Positions 9,747-19,681 are shown, numbered from the stretch's first letter. The stretch: 64,000 nucleotides of DNA from a virus (IMGVR_UViG_3300035698_013504:128001-192000); one strand, 5' to 3'. Made by a program: numbers and translations. Notes: generated from the sequence alone by a model not told the origin.

Positions 9747-10340
9747 ATTCCGTATTCAAGAGGCGCCAGAGCGGTTGCCCGAGAAATTCAACGAAGAGGC
9801 GTACCCTGTACGCCGGAGCAAGCTCAAGGTTTTATCGATGCATACAATCTGAAGTACATGTATGTGGCGGAGTTTATGAAGGATGTGAAGTCCGCCGTCA
9901 CAGATCCTGGTTATGTTGTGAGTCCATTCGGTCGTCGCCGTCGTTTCGGTGGCGCCGAGATTAACGACACCTCAATCATTGCAGCAATGCAGCGTGAAGC
10001 AGGCAACTTTCCCATCCAATCTACGGTAGCAGATATCCTAAATAGCGCGGCGTATGCGCTATGGCTCTACAGACACTTTCATCCGGACGCTCCGGAGTTT
10101 AAGATAGTCCTAGCTATACATGACGCCCTTCTCGTCGAATGTGCCGCGAGAGATGCGCACCGTGTAGCAACGGCGCTGTCTATGTGTATGTGCAGCGTTA
10201 AGGTACCGCATTTTAATTTCTCGCTCGAAGTGGACGTAGACGTGTTCATGGAGTGGGGAATTCACCCAAGGAAGGAGGATCTCATAGCACGAGGAATGCC
10301 TGAAGAACATGCTTTGATGTATGCTGCAGAGGAAAAGTGA
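9747..10340 (+). CDS. polA: Family A DNA polymerase, exon 2
   Basis: IPYSRG completes motif B; FGRRRRF; AGNFPIQSTVAD; motif C AIHDALLVE; in frame with ORF 9858..10340. Confidence 0.9.
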   Translation: MPYSRGARAVAREIQRRGVPCTPEQAQGFIDAYNLKYMYVAEFMKDVKSAVTDPGYVVSPFGRRRRFGGAEINDTSIIAAMQREAGNFPIQSTVADILNSAAYALWLYRHFHPDAPEFKIVLAIHDALLVECAARDAHRVATALSMCMCSVKVPHFNFSLEVDVDVFMEWGIHPRKEDLIARGMPEEHALMYAAEEK

Positions 10341-10389
10341 CAATGACAATGGTCAACGTAAACGACAATGAGATCAAGGAGACGTACGT

Positions 10390-11829
10390 ATGAGTTACAA
10401 AGATCAACGCGGTGGCGGAGACGGCCTGGACACGATCCCCGGGTTTTCCGTCAAGCAGAAGGGTCAGCCGCATGACACGTTCTCGCCGACCTTCAAGGAT
10501 GGGCACGTCTTGACTTTCCGCCCGTTCCCCGAGGTTCTCAAGGACGGGACCGAAGCCGAGTGGCGTACCGGCCCTAACGAATTTGAGTTTGGCAACCAGA
10601 TGTGCGCCGTGAAGATGGTTCGCTACTGGGGCGCCAACGACAAGTTCACGTTCATCTGTACCCTGCCGGACAGCGAAGGTGGGCAGGAAGCCGCAAGCCC
10701 GGCCGAGATGTTCTACCGTGCCATCAAGCGCGCGGTGGACCAGAAGGACCCGCTCTATCCGATGCACTGGTACGAGTGGTTCGCAGGCGGTCAGAATCAA
10801 GGCGAGGCCCTTTCGGCTCCCAAGATTCACCTGATGCTTCAGGGCGCGGTCCTTCAGGACGGCCCGAAGCAGTACGTTGACCCCTCGACGGGCCAGGCAT
10901 CCCCTAAGATGCCCGCCATCCTCATGCTGCCCGTGTCTGCCCGCATGGAGATCGAGCGCAAGATGAACGAGGAAGTAAAGGGATATCAAGGTTCCTTCGA
11001 AGACTACGCGAATAAGTTTTCGATGGGTGACGTTTTCAGCTGTGCCGGTGGCCACGCCATCAGCATATACAAAGCCCCACCGGCCCCGAACGTTAGGCCT
11101 CACTATGAGGTGGTTCCCACCCCGACAGTGATGCCGATTCCGGTGAACTTGGTTGCCCAGCACTGGCGTCCGTGGGATGAGTTGCTTCATCACATGCCCG
11201 CCGCTGAGCAGGTTAGGCTCATCGAGAGAGCGTTCTCTCCCGAGGCCGTTGATTACGCGTTCTCGACGACCCCTCACGCTAAGCTTGTTAGCGACGGCGT
11301 GAAGGGCACGTGGGCAGCGTACAAGGCGACGAGGCAGCAATCGCAGCAGCCTCAAGGTGGAGGTTATGCGGCTCCCCAGCCGTACAGCCCGCCGATGTCT
11401 CCTCAGCAGGCGGCTCCCATGCAGCCCGTAGCTGCTCCTCAGGCGCCTCCTGCGACCTTTACCCCTCCCCAGGCACCCACGGCTCCCCCCGTGGCTCCTG
11501 CGGTCCCCCAGACGGCTTCCGGAGCGCCTGGTACGTTCGGTCAGCCGCTGCAAGCCCCAGCACTTGGAGCTATGCCGCCGGTTGATTGGGGTCAAGGTGC
11601 CCCCCAGGAGTCTACAGAGGCTCCAGCAGCTCCCGCAGCGCCCCCGGCGGCCCCGTCGGCGGCAGCTCAAGCTCAGGACTTTACAGCTAACCCCGTCGGT
11701 GACCCGGCGCAGGGCGATGCGATGATGTCCGACGCAATGTCGGAGTTGGGTAAGGCTCAGGCTATGGCCGGTGCATCACCTCCGGAGGCAACCCCTCCCG
11801 AGGCACCGACGCAGCCGACGCCGTTTTAG
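10390..11829 (+). CDS. Putative single-stranded DNA-binding protein with long Pro/Ala/Gln-rich tail
   Basis: Located between polymerase and RecA, strong SD (AAGGAG), biased codons, LTFRPFP motif reminiscent of phage SSBs; the function is inferred. Confidence 0.45.
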   Translation: MSYKDQRGGGDGLDTIPGFSVKQKGQPHDTFSPTFKDGHVLTFRPFPEVLKDGTEAEWRTGPNEFEFGNQMCAVKMVRYWGANDKFTFICTLPDSEGGQEAASPAEMFYRAIKRAVDQKDPLYPMHWYEWFAGGQNQGEALSAPKIHLMLQGAVLQDGPKQYVDPSTGQASPKMPAILMLPVSARMEIERKMNEEVKGYQGSFEDYANKFSMGDVFSCAGGHAISIYKAPPAPNVRPHYEVVPTPTVMPIPVNLVAQHWRPWDELLHHMPAAEQVRLIERAFSPEAVDYAFSTTPHAKLVSDGVKGTWAAYKATRQQSQQPQGGGYAAPQPYSPPMSPQQAAPMQPVAAPQAPPATFTPPQAPTAPPVAPAVPQTASGAPGTFGQPLQAPALGAMPPVDWGQGAPQESTEAPAAPAAPPAAPSAAAQAQDFTANPVGDPAQGDAMMSDAMSELGKAQAMAGASPPEATPPEAPTQPTPF

Positions 11830-11848
11830 TAGCACGTTACAGACGTAA

Positions 11849-11875
11849 GGGGGTCGGGCATTGTGCCCGACCCCC
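11849..11875 (+). terminator. Perfect 12-bp hairpin, probable terminator/stabiliser
   Basis: GGGGGTCGGGCA-TTG-TGCCCGACCCCC after the SSB-like gene. Confidence 0.6.
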
Positions 11876-11909
11876 ACCTCTTGGGTTGTTCATTGAGGAG
11901 GTTGTATAG

Positions 11910-12251
11910 GTGGTAGGCCGCGATAGAAGACTGTACATCGAGCTTTTCCACGGCCGTGAAGCCGGTGACGAGCTGGAGGATTGGGGAGAACCCGGGCCGG
12001 TTTTTGGTCCATGTTGTTGGGTACACACAACGTACGCGAACCACATTCGTGGTGGCGATGATGACGGTGAGATTTTTGAGGTCTTCACCGAAGACGATAT
12101 GATCTACTACGACGGGATGTGGTACGGAGACTGGTCGATCTTCCCTGTCGGAACGTTTGAGCAGGAGAGTGACCTACGCCAACGATTGACCATATTTGAC
12201 CCAGAGCTGGCTAAGATACCGGAGAAGACGCATGGCGAAGAAGAAGGTTAA
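11910..12251 (+). CDS. Hypothetical acidic protein
   Basis: ORF with SD GAGGAGG; no motif recognised. Confidence 0.6.
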   Translation: MVGRDRRLYIELFHGREAGDELEDWGEPGPVFGPCCWVHTTYANHIRGGDDDGEIFEVFTEDDMIYYDGMWYGDWSIFPVGTFEQESDLRQRLTIFDPELAKIPEKTHGEEEG

Positions 12252-13470
12252 CAAGATTGCCCCCGCGGACTTTGTGACGTCGATGTGTCAAAACGCACAA
12301 GCCAAGGCGGGAGCCGAGAAGGTGTACGTTGCCAGCGAGCACGAGAAGCGCGAGTGGGGCCTGCCGATACCATGGCTTGCTCTCCAGTGGCTTCTCCACA
12401 GCAATGTCTTCCTCCTCCAAAAGGTGTGGGGCGCTGCAGGTCTGCCTCACAGCTGTAAGTCCGCGTTTCTTTTCGAGCTCTTTCGTATTCACGCTATGTA
12501 CGGCGGCGTTGGAGCCCTGATTGAGACAGAGGGCAAGTTCTCCCACGAGTTGTTCAAGGCGATCCTCTGGGATCTCGAGGACAACATTATGTACCAACGT
12601 GCTGAGACCGTTGACGAGGTACAGTGCGCGGCAACAAACGTTCTCAAGTTTATCAAGAACAGTTCAAAGACCAAAGAGCAGATCGTTATGCTCGGCATCG
12701 ACAGCCTGACTGGCACGCTCGGCGAGGAGATGAAGAAGAAGATCGGAGAGGAAGGCCATGCCGACAGAGCTTTCCCCGAGACGGCGCTTAAGTATGCCCC
12801 CTACTTCCAGTATCTCACGGGCGAGCTTGTTGGCTGGCCGATTACAGCTGCGTTCACCAACCACCGTAAGAAGGATGTGGATGGCGGCGCCGACAGGACA
12901 CCCGGCGGGTCTTCGCAGAACTTCCACGCGTCGATCTACCTGTGGATGGACAAGCTTGGCCAGGACCGCCCTAAGGCCGACGGCACCGAGGGTCGTATGA
13001 TTCGCTTCCGCACGAAGAAGAATTCGTTTGGACCCAACGACCGGCGTATCGCTTGCGAGTTCAAGTGGTGGTGGGACGTGGATCCCGAGACCGGCTTAAG
13101 GTATCAACGTGCTATCTGGGATTGGGATGCGGCTACAGCACACATGCTTAGCCAGAAGCTGATTAAGACCGGCATGCCGACGAAGGTTGGCGACATCATC
13201 AACGTGAAGGCCGACGGGTTGAAGTACAGCTGTAAGCTTCTTGGCTTGAAGGATGTTACGGCTCACGAAATGGGCGTTGCTATCCACAACGACCCCGAGC
13301 TTATGCGGGAGCTTGGAGATGCCCTGGCCATACATCAGTATGAGTCGTATGGCGGTGTGCAGGCTATTCAGTCCGTGCTTGATGAGGAAGCAGCGAAGCG
13401 TGCAAACGCTGAGAATGTTGAAGGTGTAGTCGACTATGTGCCAGAGGAAGGTGAGAGTGTTGACGTTTAG
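12232..13470 (+). CDS. recA: RecA/UvsX-like recombinase
   Basis: P-loop GLPHSCKS, IETE, GIDSL Walker B, FTNH, TPGG...FHAS, KKNSFG. Confidence 0.8.
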   Translation: MAKKKVNKIAPADFVTSMCQNAQAKAGAEKVYVASEHEKREWGLPIPWLALQWLLHSNVFLLQKVWGAAGLPHSCKSAFLFELFRIHAMYGGVGALIETEGKFSHELFKAILWDLEDNIMYQRAETVDEVQCAATNVLKFIKNSSKTKEQIVMLGIDSLTGTLGEEMKKKIGEEGHADRAFPETALKYAPYFQYLTGELVGWPITAAFTNHRKKDVDGGADRTPGGSSQNFHASIYLWMDKLGQDRPKADGTEGRMIRFRTKKNSFGPNDRRIACEFKWWWDVDPETGLRYQRAIWDWDAATAHMLSQKLIKTGMPTKVGDIINVKADGLKYSCKLLGLKDVTAHEMGVAIHNDPELMRELGDALAIHQYESYGGVQAIQSVLDEEAAKRANAENVEGVVDYVPEEGESVDV

Positions 13471-13499
13471 TCTTGACACAGGATGTCCCTTCAGATAGC

Positions 13500-14123
13500 A
13501 TGGTGGTTGGTAAAACACCATACAAGTCGGAGGTACTCCAGGTGGAAGTTCAAGTCTTAGCAAAGCACGACATCATCACAGATGGCGGGTTGTACATAGC
13601 GGACACGGGCGCCACAGGTGTGGCGTTTGGTGACACGGCCCCTACCCAGGCACAGAATATCGGTAGGGTTGCGGTGCAGTGGGCCGGTAAGAGTCGTATC
13701 TACTGGGTTGATGCAGAAGACCTCGTAGTACCCGACGGCCTAGACCCAGAGGATCTCGTGTCACAGCCTTCGAGTAAAGTATGTCTTAGTCTGCCTAAGT
13801 ACCCGCCATCTTCGTTTCATTTTGGCACGAGCCTTCGGATGTTTCGTAAGGCGAGAGGCCTTGGCCAGAGTGCCCTGGCTGACAAGATGGGTGGTACTAC
13901 GGGCCAGACAACCATTTCATTCTGGGAGAGGAAGGCGCATTGTCCGTCCGGCGAGTTCATCAAAGCAGTAGCTAACGCGCTGGATGTTCCGCCGTTCTTC
14001 TTCCTTGTGAGTAACAGTGACGCTGACGAGTCCGAACAGGAGCAGTTCATGGAAAATCTTTGTGAGAGTATTTCGGACGGCCTTGAGTGTCTACAACGCC
14101 TAAGGTCTCAAGTTTGTGGCTAA
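13500..14123 (+). CDS. XRE/Cro-type helix-turn-helix protein with N-terminal extra domain
   Basis: LRMFRKARGLGQSALADKMG...TISFWER...P....IKAVANALDV. Confidence 0.75.
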   Translation: MVVGKTPYKSEVLQVEVQVLAKHDIITDGGLYIADTGATGVAFGDTAPTQAQNIGRVAVQWAGKSRIYWVDAEDLVVPDGLDPEDLVSQPSSKVCLSLPKYPPSSFHFGTSLRMFRKARGLGQSALADKMGGTTGQTTISFWERKAHCPSGEFIKAVANALDVPPFFFLVSNSDADESEQEQFMENLCESISDGLECLQRLRSQVCG

Positions 14124-14613
14124 CTTCTTTGAAGGGTTCGCCGATAAAGCAGCCCGCAGCGAGATTGACAGGCTAGACGTTTATGGCGTCAAGACCGTGC
14201 GCAGGATGCTTAAAGCCATGGGGGCAACTGATGCAGAACGTAAGGCCATCGAGTACAATTTAGGACCTGAGTACGCGATAGCTGACTTCTGTGAGCAGAT
14301 GGCTTTCCCCGTTCTTCTCATACCTTGTAAGGTTGAGCCTTTTCCGTTCCACAGGCTTGCCACCGCGTTCATTAAGACACCCGTGTATGACAGTCTTAGT
14401 GACGTTATCAGTTCCCTAGGCAGCGCTACGCGTGTCGGCATTGTCTTCTCCGCGTGGAGGAAACACTGGGTGGCACACACGTACTGGGAGGTTGTAGAAG
14501 TCCCCGGACACTCTCAGATGCGACGATGCGGTAAGACCGAGGGTATAGGTATGGTAGTTGAACTTGTTGACGGGTTCGCAAAAGCCGTCAGAACAGCGTG
14601 GAGTTACGAATGA
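14116..14613 (+). CDS. Hypothetical protein
   Basis: Coupled ORF in the + strand operon. Confidence 0.55.
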   Translation: MANFFEGFADKAARSEIDRLDVYGVKTVRRMLKAMGATDAERKAIEYNLGPEYAIADFCEQMAFPVLLIPCKVEPFPFHRLATAFIKTPVYDSLSDVISSLGSATRVGIVFSAWRKHWVAHTYWEVVEVPGHSQMRRCGKTEGIGMVVELVDGFAKAVRTAWSYE

Positions 14614-15062
14614 GTAACTTACGACCAGAGAAACAATACTCTGAGCCGGACATTCGGGTCAAAGACCTGATAGAGTTCGGGAAGGAGCTAATCGATAAAG
14701 GCGTCTCGGAGAAGACGCGTACGAAGTTCGCCCGACTCGCCGTAAAGCCGCCCATGGTCCGTCTTGCGATAAATCAACGTTCCCTAATAACATGTCTTTC
14801 GGGTACCAACAATTATCGTGACGTACTGATGGCTGGGCTTACCGAAGAGGAGAGGCAAGCTCTCGTTGAGCTGGACCTTCGAGGCGTCTCGTTACGGAGT
14901 CGCGAGATCGCGCATGGGTTACTTAATGTCCATGAGCGGTGGATGGTAGCCAGACGGATCGGCCCTGTCTTTCAAAGGGCTAGGTCACGTCGGCACGCGT
15001 ATGTAAATTTGCACCAGATGTTTGAACCGGAAGATTTTGATGGAGTAGATCATGAGCCCTAA
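14610..15062 (+). CDS. Hypothetical protein
   Basis: ATGA overlap with the previous gene. Confidence 0.55.
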   Translation: MSNLRPEKQYSEPDIRVKDLIEFGKELIDKGVSEKTRTKFARLAVKPPMVRLAINQRSLITCLSGTNNYRDVLMAGLTEEERQALVELDLRGVSLRSREIAHGLLNVHERWMVARRIGPVFQRARSRRHAYVNLHQMFEPEDFDGVDHEP

Positions 15063-16305
15063 ATTCGTTACTGGAGGCATCATGCTGCGGGGTCGTAGGA
15101 CTCCTGCGGAAATTCTTGAGGAGCTAGAACGTCAGAAGGCATCGGTGAAGGATTACGTGTTGAGTACCTCCGATGTTTCCTTTATGACACACCCCGTTAC
15201 GGGCGACCTGACCTTTGTGCTAGACATTGATGACGGCGATTTCCCCGAGCGGCTTTGTATGCCTCTCAACTCAAGGACGCATGCGCAGATTGCTCAGTAT
15301 GTCGGCCTACCTATGCGATCCGGGCTTTACAAGCGGTTCCGCACAGGCTCGTCGACGAATGAGCATCTCTATTATGAGACGTGGGCGATGCTTTACAACG
15401 AGGTTCTTCACAAAGAACCGTCGAGGCGGTTGTTTCGTACGGTAGAGGACAGCGGCGGTAACCGGTACCTTAGGGCATTCTTGTCCAACCGTTACATGAT
15501 TATCGACAACGCCGATGTCTTCTTTGCAGCGGCCGACGCGCTTGAGAATGTAGGCGCCGAGATCGTTCACGCGCGCCTTGACGACGATCACTTTCACATC
15601 TACGCCGTCGCGCCTGGCATTTGTGCTCAGGTGTCCCCGGACAGAGTGTTCACGGATGCAGACGGTAAGCGCGTCCGGTGGTCAGGCGATAAGGCCGACG
15701 TGCTTAACGCAGCGATCAGCATCTCCAACTCCGAAACCGGAGAAGGCCAGTGTGAGATCCGACCTGCTATCTTCCGCAGTGTTTCACAGACGTACTCAGT
15801 GTGGGACAGTGTTCTGTCCAAGAGGCACGCAGGCGGCACCGATGCCGCAGACGCTGCGATGCTGACGGACGATACTCGTAGGAAGAAGAACGACGTGTTC
15901 TACAGCGAGATCAAGGACTGGGTTGCTGGTACGTTTACACCGGAGACGCTCGAGAAGTACATCAAGATAGTTGAAGGCGCCGCGGTTGACGAGGTTGTTG
16001 ACCCCATAGCCGCCGTTGAAGGTTTGCGTGTTACATACGATATCACTGACGACCGGAAGGACGCTATCCGCGACCGGTTCCTTCGTCAGGGTGACAGAAG
16101 TCGATACGGGCTGGCTCAGGCTATTATGGATGAGTCTGCTGGTGACTTGGCGCCTTCGGAAGGCACCAACCTTGAGCGTATTAGTGCTAAGGTCCTGGAA
16201 ATCACCACGTCGGAAGAGCTTGCACACGTTGGACGTCGTGAGATCAAATCTCGTGAGAGTAAGGTACCGGCAACAGCAGTCGCTGTTGGCGATTTAGACA
16301 TTTAA
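15052..16305 (+). CDS. DUF932-like phage/plasmid protein
   Basis: RAFLSNRYMIIDN and ISNSETGEG motifs typical of this family. Confidence 0.55.
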   Translation: MSPKFVTGGIMLRGRRTPAEILEELERQKASVKDYVLSTSDVSFMTHPVTGDLTFVLDIDDGDFPERLCMPLNSRTHAQIAQYVGLPMRSGLYKRFRTGSSTNEHLYYETWAMLYNEVLHKEPSRRLFRTVEDSGGNRYLRAFLSNRYMIIDNADVFFAAADALENVGAEIVHARLDDDHFHIYAVAPGICAQVSPDRVFTDADGKRVRWSGDKADVLNAAISISNSETGEGQCEIRPAIFRSVSQTYSVWDSVLSKRHAGGTDAADAAMLTDDTRRKKNDVFYSEIKDWVAGTFTPETLEKYIKIVEGAAVDEVVDPIAAVEGLRVTYDITDDRKDAIRDRFLRQGDRSRYGLAQAIMDESAGDLAPSEGTNLERISAKVLEITTSEELAHVGRREIKSRESKVPATAVAVGDLDI

Positions 16306-16316
16306 GGAGAAGCAAG

Positions 16317-17006
16317 ATGGCGAAGGCGGCAACACCAGAGAAGACGGGCGCAGCACTCGTGAAGGCAGGCGAGGCGCGGTACGCATCAGTTGTGAAGGAG
16401 TTCCAAGGCCGGTTCACCAAGCTGTCCAAAGGCGTGCTTCAGATCTACTGGGACATCGGTATCCACCTGACCTCCCTGACGGACAAGCCCGGGTACTTCG
16501 GGTCTCATACGGTTGGCGACATCGGTAGAGACCTCAATCTCTCCGGCGAGACGCTTCGTGCGGCCATGCGGTTTAACCGCGCCTACACCAAGGTGCAGCT
16601 GGCTGGGCTTCAGTCCAGGCGTATCAGTTGGCACAACACAATCATCCTGTTGGCGGTTGACAACGTCGAGAAGCGTACAGAGATGGAGACGGACCTGGCC
16701 TCAGGTAAGTTGAAGTCTAAGGACCTGCCTGAGATGGTCAAGAAGATCACCACGGCGGAGCGAGAGGCCAACCCGGACAAGTCTCGTAGAGGTGGCAGCC
16801 CCCCAACTACCGTACTGCGTCAGGCGTCGAAGCTTTCGTCGTCGCTCGGGGACTTCCTTGGCGGCGAAGTGACACAAGCTCTCAAGGCTTTCGAGAAGAT
16901 GGACGCTGAGAAGAGTGAGAAGGCCGCGGAGTACCGTAAGGACCTGAAGCGAGGCCTGACGGTCTTGGCCAGGAAGGTATCTGGCGCCCTCTCGTACTTC
17001 GATTAG
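16317..17006 (+). CDS. Protein with DUF1016(YhcG)-N-like helical domain
   Basis: IYWDIG...YFGSHTVGDIGRDL...LRAAMRF...ISWHN; strong SD and codon bias. Confidence 0.5.
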   Translation: MAKAATPEKTGAALVKAGEARYASVVKEFQGRFTKLSKGVLQIYWDIGIHLTSLTDKPGYFGSHTVGDIGRDLNLSGETLRAAMRFNRAYTKVQLAGLQSRRISWHNTIILLAVDNVEKRTEMETDLASGKLKSKDLPEMVKKITTAEREANPDKSRRGGSPPTTVLRQASKLSSSLGDFLGGEVTQALKAFEKMDAEKSEKAAEYRKDLKRGLTVLARKVSGALSYFD

Positions 17007-17026
17007 TCGTTACCGGCACGTATCAT

Positions 17027-17066
17027 GAGGTCGGCGCTCTAATCGGCGTCGGCCTCTTTCGTTTTT
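17027..17066 (+). terminator. Rho-independent terminator
   Basis: GAGGTCGGCGC/GGCGTCGGCCTC stem followed by TTTCGTTTTT. Confidence 0.7.
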
Positions 17067-17079
17067 ACACGGAGTTGTT

Positions 17080-17502
17080 ATGGCCACATGGGAAAAAGAC
17101 GGACAGACTCAGATTCATTGTTCTAACTGCGGCACCATCTCCCCGCTTGACGCATGTTTCTTGTACCGCGCAGGATTTGGAGGAATAACCGCGGGGAGCG
17201 TAATGGATGTGGATAGGCTTGAATGTCCGTGCTGTCTGCAGATCATCGATGAAGACGCAAAGGTAACGATGGCCGATCACGATTACGTTTACGCTTCCAT
17301 AAAATCGGCCGGGGAGACGCTTATCAACCTAGCGCGCGCACATCACGGTCATGGTGTACGAAGGGTACTGCTTGCCCAAGACCCCGAGCAGCCTGGCAAG
17401 TGGTGTGTGACTATTGACAGTGAGCATACGCACGAGGTGTATCCTCTAGACATTCCGCCCCCGCCCGAGCACCCGGAGCTTGCGAGGCCAGATGGTAATT
17501 AA
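17080..17502 (+). CDS. Hypothetical Zn-ribbon protein
   Basis: CSNC and CPCC motifs; SD GGAG. Confidence 0.55.
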   Translation: MATWEKDGQTQIHCSNCGTISPLDACFLYRAGFGGITAGSVMDVDRLECPCCLQIIDEDAKVTMADHDYVYASIKSAGETLINLARAHHGHGVRRVLLAQDPEQPGKWCVTIDSEHTHEVYPLDIPPPPEHPELARPDGN

Positions 17503-17872
17503 CGTTGACAAAGATGACGAGCTTGGCTCCTTCACGTACGAGGTGCCGATTGTCGCGTCACTACAATTCCGCACGCGGAGGGAACTCCAACCGGCGGACA
17601 TCAATATGGTTTTAGAAATAGTACGCAGAGAGCTCGACAAACGCACGATGCACCCGATGGAAATCATGTTGGCCCACGGTGTAGATCCAGCTCAGGCTGC
17701 TCATCGTGTCAGAGCTCTATGTATGCCATCATGGTATGATTATCCAGGTGAGGACCCGCCGGGCGGTAACCTGGATGTGCAGGCGGCCGTAGTTAATCTT
17801 CGTCTCCAGGAGGAAGATAAGGATGTCTACTCAGGATCAGTGGTGGACGGACACGACATACCTCCAGTTTAG
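17492..17872 (+). CDS. Hypothetical protein
   Basis: Coupled ORF. Confidence 0.5.
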   Translation: MVINVDKDDELGSFTYEVPIVASLQFRTRRELQPADINMVLEIVRRELDKRTMHPMEIMLAHGVDPAQAAHRVRALCMPSWYDYPGEDPPGGNLDVQAAVVNLRLQEEDKDVYSGSVVDGHDIPPV

Positions 17873-18218
17873 CGCACACGTTCGTGTGAGCTACGAAGGT
17901 GTTGGCAATGGCCGCCGATGTTTTTGGCTGAAGGATTGTGACGGACGCAGGGCACGGGTGCTCGATGTTTTACAAGTCGAGCATACGCTACCCATCGAGA
18001 TCCTTGGCGGTTTACGCTTCCAGGGGTATGACCATAAGATTGACGAAGGGACAGGGCATCTGATGCTCCAGCCCTGTGAAGGTGGCGAGTGGGTAGACCA
18101 CGGCCCGTGGGATCAGTATGAGAAGGATAACGACATCAGTAAGAAGACTACACCTATCAATTTGAGTCGTAAACTCTCTACCCGTAAAGCTATCGAGGAG
18201 GCGCCTCTAGATCTTTGA
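17823..18218 (+). CDS. Hypothetical protein
   Basis: ORF in the + strand run. Confidence 0.5.
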   Translation: MSTQDQWWTDTTYLQFSAHVRVSYEGVGNGRRCFWLKDCDGRRARVLDVLQVEHTLPIEILGGLRFQGYDHKIDEGTGHLMLQPCEGGEWVDHGPWDQYEKDNDISKKTTPINLSRKLSTRKAIEEAPLDL

Positions 18219-18230
18219 GGCAAAAGTCTG

Positions 18231-18260
18231 TTGACATTTAAGCGACAGAGCTGGTAAACT
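18231..18260 (+). promoter_or_regulatory. sigma70-type promoter
   Basis: TTGACA, 18 nt spacer, TG-n-TAAACT. Confidence 0.7.
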
Positions 18261-18292
18261 TGTCACAACATAACTTGGAAGTGGGCTATCGC

Positions 18293-19321
18293 ATGCATCA
18301 AAATGAAATCCCGTTTACACCTAGAGTACCTCGCGCTGCGATACGTAAGTCGTACGCGAGTCCGGGGAGTAAGTTCATATCCGATCATGTTCCAAAGCAC
18401 CCAGAGATACCTTGCCACAAGTATTCAATACTGCACCAGTCTTACGGTTGTCCGGCCCGATGCGCGTATTGTTACCTGGTAGGGATCCTACAGAAGAAGA
18501 CGTTCCCCACGTACTACACCAACTTCGACCGCATGGTACAAGACGTAGAGACGTGGATGGCGCAGCACAAAAGTCCAGCAATTCTTAACGCAGGGGCGCT
18601 TTCAGATTCATTCAGTACATCAATGCAATGGCTAAAGCACATTGCCCCCCTCTTCGCCGAGCAGGATAAGCACACCCTTGTCCTCGTCACCAAAGGCTGG
18701 AACGCGAAGTGTACCGATATGCCCTGGGAGCTCAGGTGGCTTACAGAGCGTTACACGTGGCAGCAGCGATCAAAGATCCTCGTTGTCTATTCCCTCAATG
18801 CCCCCGATGTCACGATGATGTACGAGTCCGGTACTCCGATGTTGAAGGACCGGCTTGAACAGTCTTTTGAGTTGTGGCGAAGCGGGTGGCGTATGCGATT
18901 CCGTATCGACCCGATGATACCCGTGCCCAGCTGGAAAGAGCAGTACCGTCTTCTGGCTTGGCAACTCGGTGAGCTTGCAGGTTCGAGATCAGCGCTTCAG
19001 GACGACGGCGACCTGCATGGTGACCCAAAGTTTTGGAAGGCGTTTCCCTACCCTGAGCGTATTACACTCGGAGCTCTGCGCGGCACGAAGTCGCTGATCA
19101 CACTCTGTGATGAACGCAAGTGGCCGTACGAGCTTGATGAAGACTCGAAACTTGAGGATGGCAAGCTGAGGATCGCTGGCGCTGTTCGTGCCAGGATGTT
19201 TCAGCACATGCAGTTTCACCTCAGAAAGGCTTTACCGTCTATACCCGTTGCGCTATGCAAGGAGCCGGTAGAGCTGTGCAAGTCGTTCTCGAAACGACTA
19301 GAGTGTGTCTGCGTACCATAG
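18293..19321 (+). CDS. Spore photoproduct lyase-like radical SAM protein
   Basis: GCPARCAYCYL cluster motif, GALSDS, VTK, YSLN, RIDPMI match the SplB family pattern. Confidence 0.75.
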   Translation: MHQNEIPFTPRVPRAAIRKSYASPGSKFISDHVPKHPEIPCHKYSILHQSYGCPARCAYCYLVGILQKKTFPTYYTNFDRMVQDVETWMAQHKSPAILNAGALSDSFSTSMQWLKHIAPLFAEQDKHTLVLVTKGWNAKCTDMPWELRWLTERYTWQQRSKILVVYSLNAPDVTMMYESGTPMLKDRLEQSFELWRSGWRMRFRIDPMIPVPSWKEQYRLLAWQLGELAGSRSALQDDGDLHGDPKFWKAFPYPERITLGALRGTKSLITLCDERKWPYELDEDSKLEDGKLRIAGAVRARMFQHMQFHLRKALPSIPVALCKEPVELCKSFSKRLECVCVP

Positions 19322-19327
19322 GGCTAT

Positions 19328-19669
19328 ATGTTACTACAAAGCGAGAGACGCGACAGGCTATGTTTGGGCGGGTGCAGTCAGATATTTGACAGCGTAGGTC
19401 GGGGTAATCGCGTCTGTAAGGCCTGCGCCCGCAGGCATGCACGTGAGCCCTCGCCGCCCAAGTCTCATAGTGTCTCTGGTAGTAGTAGGAGCCCCATGGC
19501 TACTGACTCCCAGTCAGTATTCCTCGGGTCTGGCGCGTCTAAGGCGCCTAGTTCCGTTAATGGGAAGACCACGAAGTCTAAGGCGCCGCGAAAGTGTAAG
19601 CAACCCCCTGTGAAACGCACACGTAAGGCCAGACCGCTGTTGCAAGATACCGGCGCGCTGGATTTTTGA
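19328..19669 (+). CDS. Hypothetical protein (N-terminal Cys cluster, basic tail)
   Basis: CLGGC...CKAC. Confidence 0.5.
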   Translation: MLLQSERRDRLCLGGCSQIFDSVGRGNRVCKACARRHAREPSPPKSHSVSGSSRSPMATDSQSVFLGSGASKAPSSVNGKTTKSKAPRKCKQPPVKRTRKARPLLQDTGALDF

Positions 19670-19681
19670 GGAGATGTTGTT

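Noticed and set aside
10282-11670. 462-aa minus-strand ORF
   Set aside because: Antisense shadow of the codon-biased, low-complexity + strand gene; Arg/Gly-rich with no motifs.
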